Counted from the stretch's first letter, positions 18,716-29,076 are shown. The stretch is DNA of 64,000 nt from Methanomassiliicoccus sp. UBA6 (GCA_002508545.1 DAVH01000062.1:559-64558); one strand, 5' to 3'. Notes: a model not told the origin generated them from the sequence alone. Translations and numbers: made by a program.

Positions 18716-19684
18716 ATGCCCGCGGCCGCCCTCCTCTCGCTCCGTGAGGAGCTGGACCTCATCTCGGAGGGGCGGGCGGGGGAGACGCTGGAGCGCACCG
18801 GGTTCAAGGCCGGGATGACCCTGGTGTCCACGCTGGACGTGCCCCCGCCGTCGCTCGAGAACTTTTCCGAGGTGTTCACCCAGCTGTGGTCGGAGAGCGG
18901 CCTGTCCCGGACCAAGGTGGTGAGGGTGAGCGCGGACGAGATCGTGGTGACCTTCGACGAGTCGGCGGAGGCGGCCAGGGGCTACAAGTGCGACTTCACC
19001 CGGGGATACCTCGCCGGCATCGTCACGGCCCTGCTGGGCCGCCGGTACAAGGCGTCCGAGCTGGTGTGCATGTCGCAGAAGGCGGAGCGCTGTGTCCACC
19101 ACCTCGTGCCGGTGTCGGACATCCCGATGGCCGGGATGCATCCATCCACCATCTCCGGGGACCGCAAGTACAAGCTGGAGTCCGGATGCTCGTACCTCAT
19201 AGAGTCGGAGGACGCCCGGGAGGCGTTCGAGATCATGGCGGAGTACGTGGCCCACGGCAGCCCGGGGCTGTGCATCTCCCGCGAGTACCCGGACAAGCTC
19301 CGCAAGACCTTCCGGCTGGACGGGGCGAAGATGATCTGGCTGTCGTACGAGGGCGAGCGGGGCAACGCGCTCGAACCGACCAACATCCCGCTGATTTACA
19401 GCGAGATCAAGGCCTTCCTGGAGCAGACCTCCGGCGCGGTCTTCCTCATCAGCGGGCTGGAGTACCTGGTCTCGCAGACCAATTTCGTGAAGGTGCTCAA
19501 GTTCGTTCAGCTGCTGTCCGAGGCGGCGGCGGTGAGCGATTCGATCTTCCTGCTCCCGATCAGCCCCGGCGCCCTGACCACGAGGGAGGTAAAGATGCTC
19601 GAGCGGGAGTTCCGGGACCTCGGGCCCACCAACAACGGCTTCGGTCACCCGCTTTCCGAAGACGGGAACGGCACGGAGAGGTGA
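18716..19684 (+). CDS. V4R-domain + DUF835 (KaiC-like, inactive) protein
   Basis: SGLSR...CDFTRGYLAG...ELVCMSQKAERCVH (V4R Cys pattern); GLCISREYP...IWLS...SGLEYL (DUF835-like). Start may be CTG 18698, overlapping the GTPase stop. Confidence 0.75.
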   Translation: MPAAALLSLREELDLISEGRAGETLERTGFKAGMTLVSTLDVPPPSLENFSEVFTQLWSESGLSRTKVVRVSADEIVVTFDESAEAARGYKCDFTRGYLAGIVTALLGRRYKASELVCMSQKAERCVHHLVPVSDIPMAGMHPSTISGDRKYKLESGCSYLIESEDAREAFEIMAEYVAHGSPGLCISREYPDKLRKTFRLDGAKMIWLSYEGERGNALEPTNIPLIYSEIKAFLEQTSGAVFLISGLEYLVSQTNFVKVLKFVQLLSEAAAVSDSIFLLPISPGALTTREVKMLEREFRDLGPTNNGFGHPLSEDGNGTER

Positions 19685-19782
19685 GCCTCGAAGAGGGCCG
19701 GCCCGTGCATGGCCAGAATACTGTCTTCGGGTCATCTTGCATGGGGAAACGCTTAAATTCGAGGTCTTATTTACTTCGCTTT

Positions 19783-20253
19783 ATGCATCTCGTTCCAAAG
19801 AAGTTCTTCATCAGTTCTGGCTGCGCCGTGAGCAAGGTCTCCGACCTCAACGCCTTCGACAAGGCCCTGCTCGAGGCGGGCATCGGTGAGCTGAACATCG
19901 TATCCGTTTCCTCGGTCCTTCCGGTCGGCGCCGAGCAGGTCGGGATCAGGGAGCTGCCCATGGGAGCGGTCACCCACTGCGTCCTCGCCCAGATGAGGGG
20001 AGGAGAGGGCGAGATGATCTCCGCCGGCATCGCCTACGGGTTCCGCAAGGACGGCAGGGGCGGGTACGTCGCCGAGGGGCACATACACGGCTCCAAGAAG
20101 GCCCTCCGCGAGATCATGGAGTGGAAGATGGACGAGATGGCGAAGCTCCGGGGGATCGAGATGGAGACCATCGAGTACCGCATTGAGGAGCTCTCGGTGC
20201 CCATGGACAACTATGGGGCCTGCGTCGCTGCTCTGGTCTTCGTCGAATACTGA
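19783..20253 (+). CDS. pdaD: Pyruvoyl-dependent arginine decarboxylase
   Basis: LNAFDKALLEAGIGELNIVSVSSVLP with SS self-cleavage site; ISAGIA; real start is internal to the long track ORF. Confidence 0.9.
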   Translation: MHLVPKKFFISSGCAVSKVSDLNAFDKALLEAGIGELNIVSVSSVLPVGAEQVGIRELPMGAVTHCVLAQMRGGEGEMISAGIAYGFRKDGRGGYVAEGHIHGSKKALREIMEWKMDEMAKLRGIEMETIEYRIEELSVPMDNYGACVAALVFVEY

Positions 20254-20681
20254 TGTATGGCGTGATCGTCTGCCCGCGCTGCACCCTGGTGCAGGGCGCG
20301 GACCTTTCCACGGCCCGGATCACCTGCCCTCGCTGCAGAAGCAAGATTGAGGTGAGAAAGGCCAAGGTCTATTTTTCCACCGATTCCCCGAAGGAGCTGG
20401 CGGAGGGCGTCCGGCAGGTGGGGGAGCGGCTCGTCTACGACATCGAGACCCCTGGTGCTCCCCGCGGCAGCCTGCCGGAAAGGAAGCCCTCCGGCTCTGA
20501 TCAGCGTACCCTCCGCTCGATCGTCCTGCGGGTCCTCGAAGAGCGGGAGGAAGCGTCGAGGGAGGACCTCGCGCGCGAGCTCGGGGAGATCGGCGATGAG
20601 GAGCTGGACCGGGTCATCGGCCTCATGCTGGAAGCGGGCGTCATGTACGAGGCGTCGCCCGGACGGTACAGGGCGGCATGA
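20253..20681 (+). CDS. Zinc-ribbon + winged-helix protein (DUF1922/DUF5817-like)
   Basis: MYGVIVCPRC...TCPRC; C-terminal wHTH-like (LEAGVMYEASPGRY). Confidence 0.7.
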   Translation: MYGVIVCPRCTLVQGADLSTARITCPRCRSKIEVRKAKVYFSTDSPKELAEGVRQVGERLVYDIETPGAPRGSLPERKPSGSDQRTLRSIVLRVLEEREEASREDLARELGEIGDEELDRVIGLMLEAGVMYEASPGRYRAA

Positions 20682-21804
20682 TCCTTTCCATGTGATACAC
20701 CCCGCCCTGACTGATCTTCTTGCTCGACTCGGAGTAGCTCAGCTTGACATAGGTCTCGCTGAACACCGGCGATGAGCCGCCCCGGTAGGTCTCCCGGTCG
20801 TAGGTGGTCTGGAAGGTGTAGTAGTAATCGGAGAGGTGGTCGCCGACCCCGTCGTCGGTGAAGTCGATGATCCGGTTGGGCCTGAAGACCAGGAAGTCCC
20901 GGTTGACCACGTCGATGGTCACGTTCTCCCCTCCCCCCGAAGCCAGGGGTATGTACGCCTGCAGCCACCCGTGGCCGCCCCAGCTGTCGTCGGCGCTCAC
21001 ATACAAGGCCCCCATCTGCAGCCACGCGGGGACCCCGGCGGCCCTGGCCAGGGAGCAGAACAGGATGGACTGATCATCGCAGTCCCCGCTGCGGAGATGC
21101 AGCGTCTCCAGGGCGGTCTGGGGCTCGCCGGACGAGGAGGCGGTCGAGTACCGCACGTTGTCGACCATCCAGTCGTAGATGTTCCGAAGGACCTGATACA
21201 CGTCGGTCTCGTTGCCGACGATGCTCTGGGACGCGGAGACTATCGTCGCCGAGGACATGTCGATCTTGTGGCCGCGAACGTTGCCGAACGCGTCGCTCTC
21301 CACCCACTCGTCATGCAGATAGCTGTCCTTCAGCCAGCCGGGGATCTCGTCCACGCTCAGCGAGCTCTCGCGGTCGATGTCCCAGATGTGCGTGTACACC
21401 GTCACCTGGTAGGTGGCGGTGTGGGTCACCGTGCCGTTGCCGGAGAGGGACGAGCCGTTCCATCCCACCCAGTTCTGCCCGTACCGCGTCTCGTGGAACG
21501 ATAGCTGGGGCGAGTAGCTCACCGAGGACACGTTCTGTATGGGGTAGCCGTTCTGGGAGATGGACGACGGCTCGCAGATGTCGAGATCGTAGTGGAGTAT
21601 CTCCCCGCCATTGGCGTCCACGGTCAGGGACCTCTCCAGGGAGAAGGTCGCGCTCTCCGGGTAGCGGGGCTTGAACGGCGAGGTCACCAGGTCCATCAGG
21701 AACGTCTGCACCGCGGGGGTGAGCAGCAGCATGATGATTACCACACCGATGACCAGCGCCCCGGCGACCCTCAGCGCCGGGCGCTTCCTCTTGACCGCTT
21801 GCAC
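20641..21804 (-). CDS. Membrane-anchored transglutaminase-like domain protein
   Basis: N-terminal TM helix; GDCDDQSILFCSLARAAGVPA, GHGW, ID catalytic-triad motifs. Confidence 0.88.
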   Translation of the reverse strand: MQAVKRKRPALRVAGALVIGVVIIMLLLTPAVQTFLMDLVTSPFKPRYPESATFSLERSLTVDANGGEILHYDLDICEPSSISQNGYPIQNVSSVSYSPQLSFHETRYGQNWVGWNGSSLSGNGTVTHTATYQVTVYTHIWDIDRESSLSVDEIPGWLKDSYLHDEWVESDAFGNVRGHKIDMSSATIVSASQSIVGNETDVYQVLRNIYDWMVDNVRYSTASSSGEPQTALETLHLRSGDCDDQSILFCSLARAAGVPAWLQMGALYVSADDSWGGHGWLQAYIPLASGGGENVTIDVVNRDFLVFRPNRIIDFTDDGVGDHLSDYYYTFQTTYDRETYRGGSSPVFSETYVKLSYSESSKKISQGGVYHMERIMPPCTVRATPRT

Positions 21805-21831
21805 ACCGTATAATCACGGTCCCGGGGGCCT

Positions 21832-22554
21832 TCAATCTTTCGACCTGGGTACCTTTCTCGCCTTTTTAGGCTTGGTGGCCGAGAGGTTGGCCAGCGCCTC
21901 CTTGACGTATTGCGGCAGCATCCTGTGATGGACGTAATAGTAGTAGGCGGAGACGAAGACCAGGGCCGTAACGAACAGCAGGGTTGCCACCAGCCCGCTG
22001 CCGATGAACGCCGTGCTGGAGGGCGCCAGCATCAGGACGAACGCCAGGTGGACCACCACCGCCTGGGCGAAGAAGGGCCAGGGCGTGCCCCGGGCCACGC
22101 CCATCCCGATGGTCGTGCCGGTGGAGATCTGCAGCAGGGCCACCATGATCGAGTAGACGATCATGACCACTATGGCCAGAGGGTCGAACCCGGTCTGGAC
22201 CAGCGCGCGGTTCACCACCCCGTAGGCCAGGGCGGTGGCCATGCCCGCGCTCAGCCCGAAGGCGTAGAACGGCGTATCCGCCCGCCGCTGGAACCTCGGG
22301 AGGTTTATGATCATCAGCTTCACCGACTCCTCCAGGAGGAAGCCCACCAGGGCGTACTCCAGCGACAGGAAGATGGAGACGGCATAGAGGACCGCGCCGA
22401 TGACTATGCCCACGGTGAACATGCCGAAGAGCTTGGGATCGCTGAAGTAGGGGCGCTCTACCTTTGGATAGGTGTACCTCTGCAGGGTCAGCAGCAATAG
22501 CGCCAGGGGAGGCGCGAAACCGATGGCCGCGGCCACGTACGACGTGTAGTCCAT
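21832..22554 (-). CDS. Multi-pass membrane protein (PrsW-like fold possible)
   Basis: About 7 hydrophobic segments; LLEESVK resembles the PrsW EExxK motif. Confidence 0.65.
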   Translation of the reverse strand: MDYTSYVAAAIGFAPPLALLLLTLQRYTYPKVERPYFSDPKLFGMFTVGIVIGAVLYAVSIFLSLEYALVGFLLEESVKLMIINLPRFQRRADTPFYAFGLSAGMATALAYGVVNRALVQTGFDPLAIVVMIVYSIMVALLQISTGTTIGMGVARGTPWPFFAQAVVVHLAFVLMLAPSSTAFIGSGLVATLLFVTALVFVSAYYYYVHHRMLPQYVKEALANLSATKPKKARKVPRSKD

Positions 22555-22592
22555 CCGGCAACGAGGACCGATTATCACTATTTAAAGGCTGT

Positions 22593-24503
22593 CTAGGTGA
22601 CGAGCTTATCGTAATAGTGCGCGACCACGCAGGCCGTGGTGCACCGGCCGCAGCGGTTGCACCTCTCCTCGTTCACCACCAGGCCGCGGTCCAGGGTGAT
22701 GGCCTTGGCCTTGCAGTTGCGCACGCATATTCCGCACTCGGTGCACAGTTGCGCCCTGAGCAGCGCCTTCGCCCCGGCCTCGAAGATGGCGTGGGCCTTC
22801 TCCGGCGAGGGGCCGGTGGCGACCATCTGGCCCCCGCCGAACACCTTCAGGGTGCTGTCCTTGGTCTTGACCAGCGCGATCTCGAACTCCTTCGAGTACT
22901 TTACCTGGCCGACGGTCTTTAGCGCCTCGGCGACCCTGGCGAAGTCCCGCTTACGCGGTACCGAGAGCACGCCCTCGGCCGAGTACCCTCCGGTGAGGCA
23001 GGGGGATACCCCTTTCACCCATCTCAGGTCCAGGCGGTCGGAGCGGACCTCCGGTAGCTTCAGATCGATCTCGCCGGCCAGCTGTCGCATCTTTTTGGGA
23101 TATACCTTCCAGCGCCAGAAGCCGTACTTGACGTACTCCTCGCTGCCCCCGCTCTTGGCGGACCATCCCTTGAGGTGGGCGTCCCAGTCCCCGTGCAGGT
23201 CGGGATGGATGCGCGAGGTGTTCCGCCACTCGCTCTCCAGGCAGGAGGGGCACAGGTAGCAGCCGATACGCTCATAGTCCATCTCGTAGAGCGGATTGTA
23301 GTCCATGTTCCTCCACCAGATGTACCCCCATACGTCCACTGCTCTCCATTCGCGGATGGGGTTGAGGATCACCTGGTTGGGGACGAACGGGTTCCTTTCC
23401 ACGAAGGATATGGTGGAGCGGGCGAAGGACTCGTAGGCGCGGTTACCCTCGAGCGTCAGCGTGCCCTGGGGGAAGTTGCGCTCGATGAGGTCGGTCAGGG
23501 GCGCCAGCTTGCATACCTTGCAGCACCACCGGAAGTCCTTGGCCGGCGGGCCGAAGGAGTCGACCTGCTCCCAGAAGGCGTCCCCGGCGTCGGCCACGAG
23601 CAGGCGCTCGCGGTTCTTCCTGGCGAAGTCCTGCACGTACCTCACCGTCTCCGGGAACTCCAGGCCGGTGTTGACGAAGATGAGCGTGAACCGGTCCACC
23701 GCCCTTGATGCCAGGCCATAGCAGGCCAGCGAGTCCTTGCCCCCGCTGAATGACAGGGTGACCGGCAGCTTGTTGTTCCCGACGTACGACCGGATATCGG
23801 AGACCGCCTTGGCCTCCAGCGCGCGGAAGTGCTTCTCGTTGACGTTGACGAAGCCCGTCCAGGAGGAGCGCCTCTTCGACACCTCGATCGCTCCCTTCCC
23901 GACGTCCCTCACCCCCACCGCCTTGTCGGCGGCGAGCGCTTCCTCGCTGGACACCTTGGCCACGGCGCTGCACACCAGGCTGCCGGCGACGACGATGAGC
24001 GGGTCCCCGGCCTCGAACTCGCCCTTGATCTCCTTGATCGCTCGCCCGGGAAGGCTCTTGCCCTTGAGGTGGCCGGCGTCATGGCCGACGATCACCACGC
24101 CCTTCTTGGCCAAGGGGTGGAGCAGCCTCGCCCCCTCCAGGCGCAGGTCGAGCTGGAACCCGCAGGCCCTGAGATCGTAGCGCAGGACGCCGATAACCAA
24201 GCCCTGGAACACGATCTCGTCGGTCCGGTCCTCCCCCGCCACCTTGTTCAGGAACACCGTGCGGTTGCGGAGGAAGTCCGAGGTCCCGAAGTGCTTCTCG
24301 AAAAGCTCGATGAGCACCTTGGTGCTCTCCCCCATGCATGGACGCAGATCGCCCGGCTTGGAGACCTCGAAGCGCCTGCCGGCGGAGGAGCAGACCTCGC
24401 AGCGCTGACCGAGGATCAGCGTCCCGCAGCTGTCGCACCACCTGAAGCCGACCTTGCCATGTTCGAAATGGGGCATCCAACTTAAATGCGCTTGGTATTT
24501 CAA
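22593..24503 (-). CDS. PAPS-reductase-family protein with PUA and C-terminal 4Fe-4S dicluster domains
   Basis: SFSGGKDS, RWCCKVCK, RIGCYLCP, CTECGIC...CNRCGRCTTAC; exact start uncertain. Confidence 0.88.
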   Translation of the reverse strand: MKYQAHLSWMPHFEHGKVGFRWCDSCGTLILGQRCEVCSSAGRRFEVSKPGDLRPCMGESTKVLIELFEKHFGTSDFLRNRTVFLNKVAGEDRTDEIVFQGLVIGVLRYDLRACGFQLDLRLEGARLLHPLAKKGVVIVGHDAGHLKGKSLPGRAIKEIKGEFEAGDPLIVVAGSLVCSAVAKVSSEEALAADKAVGVRDVGKGAIEVSKRRSSWTGFVNVNEKHFRALEAKAVSDIRSYVGNNKLPVTLSFSGGKDSLACYGLASRAVDRFTLIFVNTGLEFPETVRYVQDFARKNRERLLVADAGDAFWEQVDSFGPPAKDFRWCCKVCKLAPLTDLIERNFPQGTLTLEGNRAYESFARSTISFVERNPFVPNQVILNPIREWRAVDVWGYIWWRNMDYNPLYEMDYERIGCYLCPSCLESEWRNTSRIHPDLHGDWDAHLKGWSAKSGGSEEYVKYGFWRWKVYPKKMRQLAGEIDLKLPEVRSDRLDLRWVKGVSPCLTGGYSAEGVLSVPRKRDFARVAEALKTVGQVKYSKEFEIALVKTKDSTLKVFGGGQMVATGPSPEKAHAIFEAGAKALLRAQLCTECGICVRNCKAKAITLDRGLVVNEERCNRCGRCTTACVVAHYYDKLVT

Positions 24504-24726
24504 GCTATTTGCTCCACCGTCCCTCTGCTGACGAAAATGCCGCCTTGGCGATGACGGCGGAGGGCTTGAACGACCGCCTCACACAGGGGAGCGCTGGTGG
24601 ACGGCCATGGCGCGCGTTCTAAGCATTTTCTCGCCTCGACCGCACCGGGTCGGCCAGCCCAGGCCGGCGGCGTCGGCCAACCCATAAATAGGTTGGGCGG
24701 AGAAGCTGGTCCCGGAGGTGCTGCCG

Positions 24727-24876
24727 ATGATATTGGAGCTGGCCATACTGTTCATCATCCTGGCGATCATAGCGGCCTTGCTCGGTGCCACCGGGGTGGC
24801 GGGCTTCTCGTGGTCGGTGGCGAAGTGGCTGCTGATCATTTTCGTGGTCTTGGCCATCGTTGCGCTCATCCTCTAG
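24727..24876 (+). CDS. DUF1328 (UPF0391/YtjA-like) small membrane protein
   Basis: Manual translation [59 protein letters not shown]; not in ORF track. Confidence 0.85.
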   Translation: MILELAILFIILAIIAALLGATGVAGFSWSVAKWLLIIFVVLAIVALIL

Positions 24877-24959
24877 CGGACGGCGTCGCCGGCCTCTGTC
24901 CCGATGCCGGCAATCAAACGCTAAAGTATAAAAGGCCCCTTGCTCGTGAGCACGGTCAG

Positions 24960-25607
24960 ATGTATGATCGCACCATCCACATACCGTCAGGTTATGGAAA
25001 GATCAGGTTCGGAAGGGTGGAGATGCGCAACATCGCCCTCGCCGTCGGGGCCCTGACCCTGGCGTTCACCTTGTCGATGTTCCTGCGCTCGTCCATCTCC
25101 GGGCTCACCACCACGGAGTTCTTCCTCTACGCCCTGGCCACGTCGTTCGTCGCCGTGCTCACCGGGTTCATGCTCCACGAGCTCGCTCACAAGGTGGTGG
25201 CGCAGCGTAACGGAGCGTGGGCGGAGTTCCGCGCCTACCCCATGGGGCTGGCCATCGCGATAGTGACCGCCCTGTTCGGCTTCCTGCTCGCCGCGCCCGG
25301 CGCGGTGTACATCCAGGGAATGATAAGCCGGAAGCAGAACGGACTGATCAGCATCGCCGGGCCGCTGACCAACCTCGGCCTGGGGATACCGTTCCTGGCC
25401 CTCGGGCTGTGGCTGGAGACCGGTCTGCTGGCCATCGCCCTGTACTGGATCGGTTCGGTGAACATCCTGCTGGCGGTGTTCAACCTGCTGCCGATAGCTC
25501 CCCTGGACGGCTCCAAGGTGCTGAAGTGGAGCGTGCCGATCTACGCGGTCACCTTCGGCGGGACCGCGCTCCTGGCGGCACTGCTCCTGCTCGGCGTCCT
25601 GGCCTGA
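24960..25607 (+). CDS. Site-2 protease (M50) family metallopeptidase
   Basis: LHELAH, IAGPLTN, FNLLPIAPLDG. Confidence 0.92.
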   Translation: MYDRTIHIPSGYGKIRFGRVEMRNIALAVGALTLAFTLSMFLRSSISGLTTTEFFLYALATSFVAVLTGFMLHELAHKVVAQRNGAWAEFRAYPMGLAIAIVTALFGFLLAAPGAVYIQGMISRKQNGLISIAGPLTNLGLGIPFLALGLWLETGLLAIALYWIGSVNILLAVFNLLPIAPLDGSKVLKWSVPIYAVTFGGTALLAALLLLGVLA

Positions 25608-27041
25608 TCAGTCCTTCTGGTCGGGGCAGGGGTAGCGGAGGTGCTGGATGATGCAGCCCTCCCACTCCTGCATCTTGCCGGGGTTCATGATGTTGTTGGG
25701 GTCCAGGCCCTTCTTGATCGCCGCCATCGCTCCCAGGGCGGTGGCGCGCTCCTTTTGGAAGTAGGGCGCCTTGGAGATGCCGACGCCGTGCTCGCCGGTG
25801 ACCGTGCCCCCCAGACGCACGCAGGTGTCGAAGATGTCGCGCACCGCCATCTCGCCGTTGCGCCATGACTCCGGGGACTCCGGGTTCAGCAGCATTTTGG
25901 TGTGGAGGTTCCCGTCCGCCGCGTGCCCGTAGGTACCGACTATGACGCCGTACTTCTCGGCGATCTTGCCGAACTCGACCACCGCGATCGGGATCTTGGA
26001 TATGGGCACCGCCATGTCATCGGCCAGGGACACCGAAACCAGCCCGGCGCCGTATCGGGACAGGGCGGACATCACGCTCTTGCGGGAGTTGGTCCACTTG
26101 GCCATCTGCGCCGGGTCATCGGACTGCTGCAGCCCGACCGCGCCGATGGACTCGGCGACCTTCACGACCTCGGCCAGCTCCTCGGCCACGACCTTGGGGT
26201 CACCGTCCACCTCGATCATGCACAGCGCCTCCACGTCCGGGAGGCCAGCGTTGATGGCCTTGTTGACCGCGCGGATGCAGGTGGAGTCCATCAGCTCGAC
26301 CGCGGACGGCAGCAGGGGTTTGGCGATGAGCGCGGAGACGCACTTGCCGGCCTTCTCCAGCGTGTCGAAGCCGGCCACGATCATGGCCATCTTCTTGGGC
26401 TTGGGCACGATGCGCAGGGTGACCTGGGTGATGATCCCCAGGGTGCCCTCGCTGCCGACGAAGAGGCGCTCGAGCTGGTAGCCGGAGGCGTTCTTGAGCG
26501 TACGGGTGCCGACCTCGATGATCTCGCCGGTGGGGAGGACCACTTCCAGCCCCAGCACGTAATCGCGGGTGCCGCCGTACTTTACCGCGCGCATCCCCGA
26601 GGCGTTGGTGGCGACCATGCCTCCGACGGTGCAGGCCTCGGCGCTGCCGGGGGTAGGGGGGAAGGTGAACTTGTAGGGGCCCAGGGCCTTCTGGAGGCTG
26701 TCGTACACGACTCCGGCCTCGCACACGCAGTACAGGTCCTCGACCCGGATCTCCTTGATCTTGTTCATCCTGGTGAGATCGATGACCATGCCGCCCTTCA
26801 AGGGCACGGCGCCGCCGCACAGGCCGGTGCCGGCGCCGCGGGGCACGATGGGGATCTTGAGCTTGTTCGCCAGCTTGACCAGCTGGGCCACCTGCTCGGT
26901 GCTCCTTGGCTGGACCACGATATCAGGGGTGACGTGGTGGATGGAGGCATCGAAGCCATAGGTGTAGCGGTCCGCAATCCTTGTGGAATAGTTGTTCTCG
27001 CCGACGATCGTCCCGATCTGCTCTACCACGGTCTGGTCCAT
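25608..27041 (-). CDS. FAD-linked oxidase, GlcD/D-lactate dehydrogenase family
   Basis: PRGAGTGLCGG, GSEGTLG, GHAADGNLH, GEHGVG, MNPGK. Confidence 0.9.
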   Translation of the reverse strand: MDQTVVEQIGTIVGENNYSTRIADRYTYGFDASIHHVTPDIVVQPRSTEQVAQLVKLANKLKIPIVPRGAGTGLCGGAVPLKGGMVIDLTRMNKIKEIRVEDLYCVCEAGVVYDSLQKALGPYKFTFPPTPGSAEACTVGGMVATNASGMRAVKYGGTRDYVLGLEVVLPTGEIIEVGTRTLKNASGYQLERLFVGSEGTLGIITQVTLRIVPKPKKMAMIVAGFDTLEKAGKCVSALIAKPLLPSAVELMDSTCIRAVNKAINAGLPDVEALCMIEVDGDPKVVAEELAEVVKVAESIGAVGLQQSDDPAQMAKWTNSRKSVMSALSRYGAGLVSVSLADDMAVPISKIPIAVVEFGKIAEKYGVIVGTYGHAADGNLHTKMLLNPESPESWRNGEMAVRDIFDTCVRLGGTVTGEHGVGISKAPYFQKERATALGAMAAIKKGLDPNNIMNPGKMQEWEGCIIQHLRYPCPDQKD

Positions 27042-27319
27042 GACATCACTACCCAGCCCATTGTGGAGGGGTGATAAAAAACCTATCGAGGAACGACGGA
27101 GCAGACTACGATGTTCCGCAGCCGACCCTCGTTCTCGTGGTCCGGCGCTGCCCATTCACTACTGCGAGGATCCGCTGATAATGCTGATGCCCCTCCTCGG
27201 GGACCCTGGGCTCAGAGGATGGGCGTGAGCGGCCGCGCAGAGGTCGAGAGCCGCTTCACTCGTAGTGTTCAGCCCATCCCAGGTCGCTTCGGCGAGAGGA
27301 TGCTCGGAACGCCGTTCTC

Positions 27320-27715
27320 TCACTTCAGGTCGATCTTGACCCCGGCGTCCTTGAGGACCTCCATCGCCTTGTCAAGATAGACCTCCTTCATCAGGATGTG
27401 GTCGGTGGAGAAGGAGGATATCGCGAACAGGCTGATGTTCTGGTCGGCGAGCAGCTTCGTGATGTAGGCGAGGAACCCGATGAGGTCGAACGGCAGCTTG
27501 GTGTCGAAGGATATTATGCGGAACGGCTTCTCCTCCTCCAGCATCTTGATGCCGCTGTTCAGCTCCGCCACCACGGTGATCTCCGCACCATCGGTGACGA
27601 CCGCGAACACCCTGCTGTCGAATTCGGGGATGGCCGCCACCTTCCCTATGGTGTACTCCTTCCTGCGGACCGACGCCCGGATCTCCGTGTCCTTCTTGAA
27701 CTCCTCGAACTTCAT
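27320..27715 (-). CDS. ACT-domain protein (ACT_7/CASTOR-like)
   Basis: LPFDLIGFLAYITKLLADQNISLFAISSFSTDHILMK. Confidence 0.85.
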   Translation of the reverse strand: MKFEEFKKDTEIRASVRRKEYTIGKVAAIPEFDSRVFAVVTDGAEITVVAELNSGIKMLEEEKPFRIISFDTKLPFDLIGFLAYITKLLADQNISLFAISSFSTDHILMKEVYLDKAMEVLKDAGVKIDLK

Positions 27716-28072
27716 TCTATCTTCCGAGAGGGTGATAGAGTCGGAATCAGATATTAATCAAGACGCTCCCGGCCAGTCAACCTCGTCCTGAATTTGTCAT
27801 AATGTGGACATTCTAAAAGGGCCCGTCCCCCGGTCATCCTAGTAATCACTTCCGGCCGTAGTGCTTACGCGTGGCCAGCTTTCCGATACTGCGGATGAAC
27901 CTCCCCTGCTCATGGCCCCTTCCCGGAATGTGGGTGGCCGGTCTCCGGAGGTCCGGCATCATGAAATGTTCCTCGACATTTCCGTCGATTGAACACGCCT
28001 AGAGATGATGGGGGCCGAATCGATAATATATCCGGATGGGCGATGGTCAGGCCGTCCACGGGGCTCATCAGG

Positions 28073-29029
28073 ATGAGGATACTACACATCGAGAACACCG
28101 CGGGGGTAGGCTGGCAGATCGCCCAGGGGCAGAGGGCGCTGGGGCATCAGGCCGAGGTCCTCGAGACCTATCGGGGCAGGATCCGGTTCGGGCACGATCA
28201 CGAGAACTACTACGAGGGACCTTTCATCCCGATCAAGATGCTGCGGACGCTGCTGCTCGCCCGGCACTACGACATCGTTCACATGCATGCCGGGATCGCG
28301 TTCAAGCGCATCGACATCCCGGCCATCAAGCGCCTCCTGCGCAAGCCCCTGGTGGTCCACTACCACGGGTCGGAGACCAGGATGGGCTACGGGATGTACC
28401 GCCAGCATCTGGCCGACGCCAAGATCGTGGCCACCCCGGACCTGCTGCAGTGGCACCCTGGGGCGACCTACGTGCCGATTCCCCAGTCCCCCCTGGAGTA
28501 TCACTTCGAGTTCGACGGGCGGCTGAAGGTCCTGCACGCGCCGACCAACCGGAGGCTCAAGGGTACCGACCTCATCCTCGAGGCGATTGACAAGGCCAAG
28601 GAGGAGGGCATCCCCTTCGACTTCACCTTGGTGGAGGGTGCCGCTCACGAGGAGCTGCTGGAGCGGTTCCGGCACAACAACGTGTACATCGACCGGGCGA
28701 TCGCCGAGGCCGACGGCAAGCCCATCGGGACGATGGGGGTCGCGCCCCTGGAGGCGATGTCCACCGGGAACGCGGTCATCATGCACATCAACGATCAGTA
28801 TCTTCCGTTCTACGAGGGCTGCCCGGTCATCAACGTCAGGCCAACGGTGCAATCGCTGGTATCGTCGCTCCGGGAGCTCGCGGCCATGCCGGAGAGGATC
28901 AGGGAGCTCGGGGAGAAGGGGGCGAGGTACGTGGCCGAGACCAGGGACCCCAAGGCTATCGCCCGGATGTGCTTGGATATCTACGAGCAGGTCCTGGCGA
29001 GGCGGGAGCGGCCTGCCGGAGCGGAGTGA
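28073..29029 (+). CDS. Glycosyltransferase (GT-B, family 4-like)
   Basis: MRILH, YDIVHMH, HAPTNRRLKGT, LEAMSTG. Confidence 0.85.
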   Translation: MRILHIENTAGVGWQIAQGQRALGHQAEVLETYRGRIRFGHDHENYYEGPFIPIKMLRTLLLARHYDIVHMHAGIAFKRIDIPAIKRLLRKPLVVHYHGSETRMGYGMYRQHLADAKIVATPDLLQWHPGATYVPIPQSPLEYHFEFDGRLKVLHAPTNRRLKGTDLILEAIDKAKEEGIPFDFTLVEGAAHEELLERFRHNNVYIDRAIAEADGKPIGTMGVAPLEAMSTGNAVIMHINDQYLPFYEGCPVINVRPTVQSLVSSLRELAAMPERIRELGEKGARYVAETRDPKAIARMCLDIYEQVLARRERPAGAE

Positions 29030-29076
29030 TCCAGGAAGGTTGATCACGGCAGGGCGCGGACGCTCGGGCCAGGGAT

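Noticed and set aside
18886..20253. 455-aa ORF suggesting a long N-terminal fusion on arginine decarboxylase
   Set aside because: The upstream part overlaps the V4R-DUF835 gene in another frame; the PdaD homology begins at ATG 19783 after its own AT-rich promoter-like stretch.
27050..27320. Imperfect hairpin (GTGAGCGGC...GCCGCTTCAC) as a possible MITE/REP element
   Set aside because: I saw no second copy in the window and no terminal inverted repeats with target duplication.
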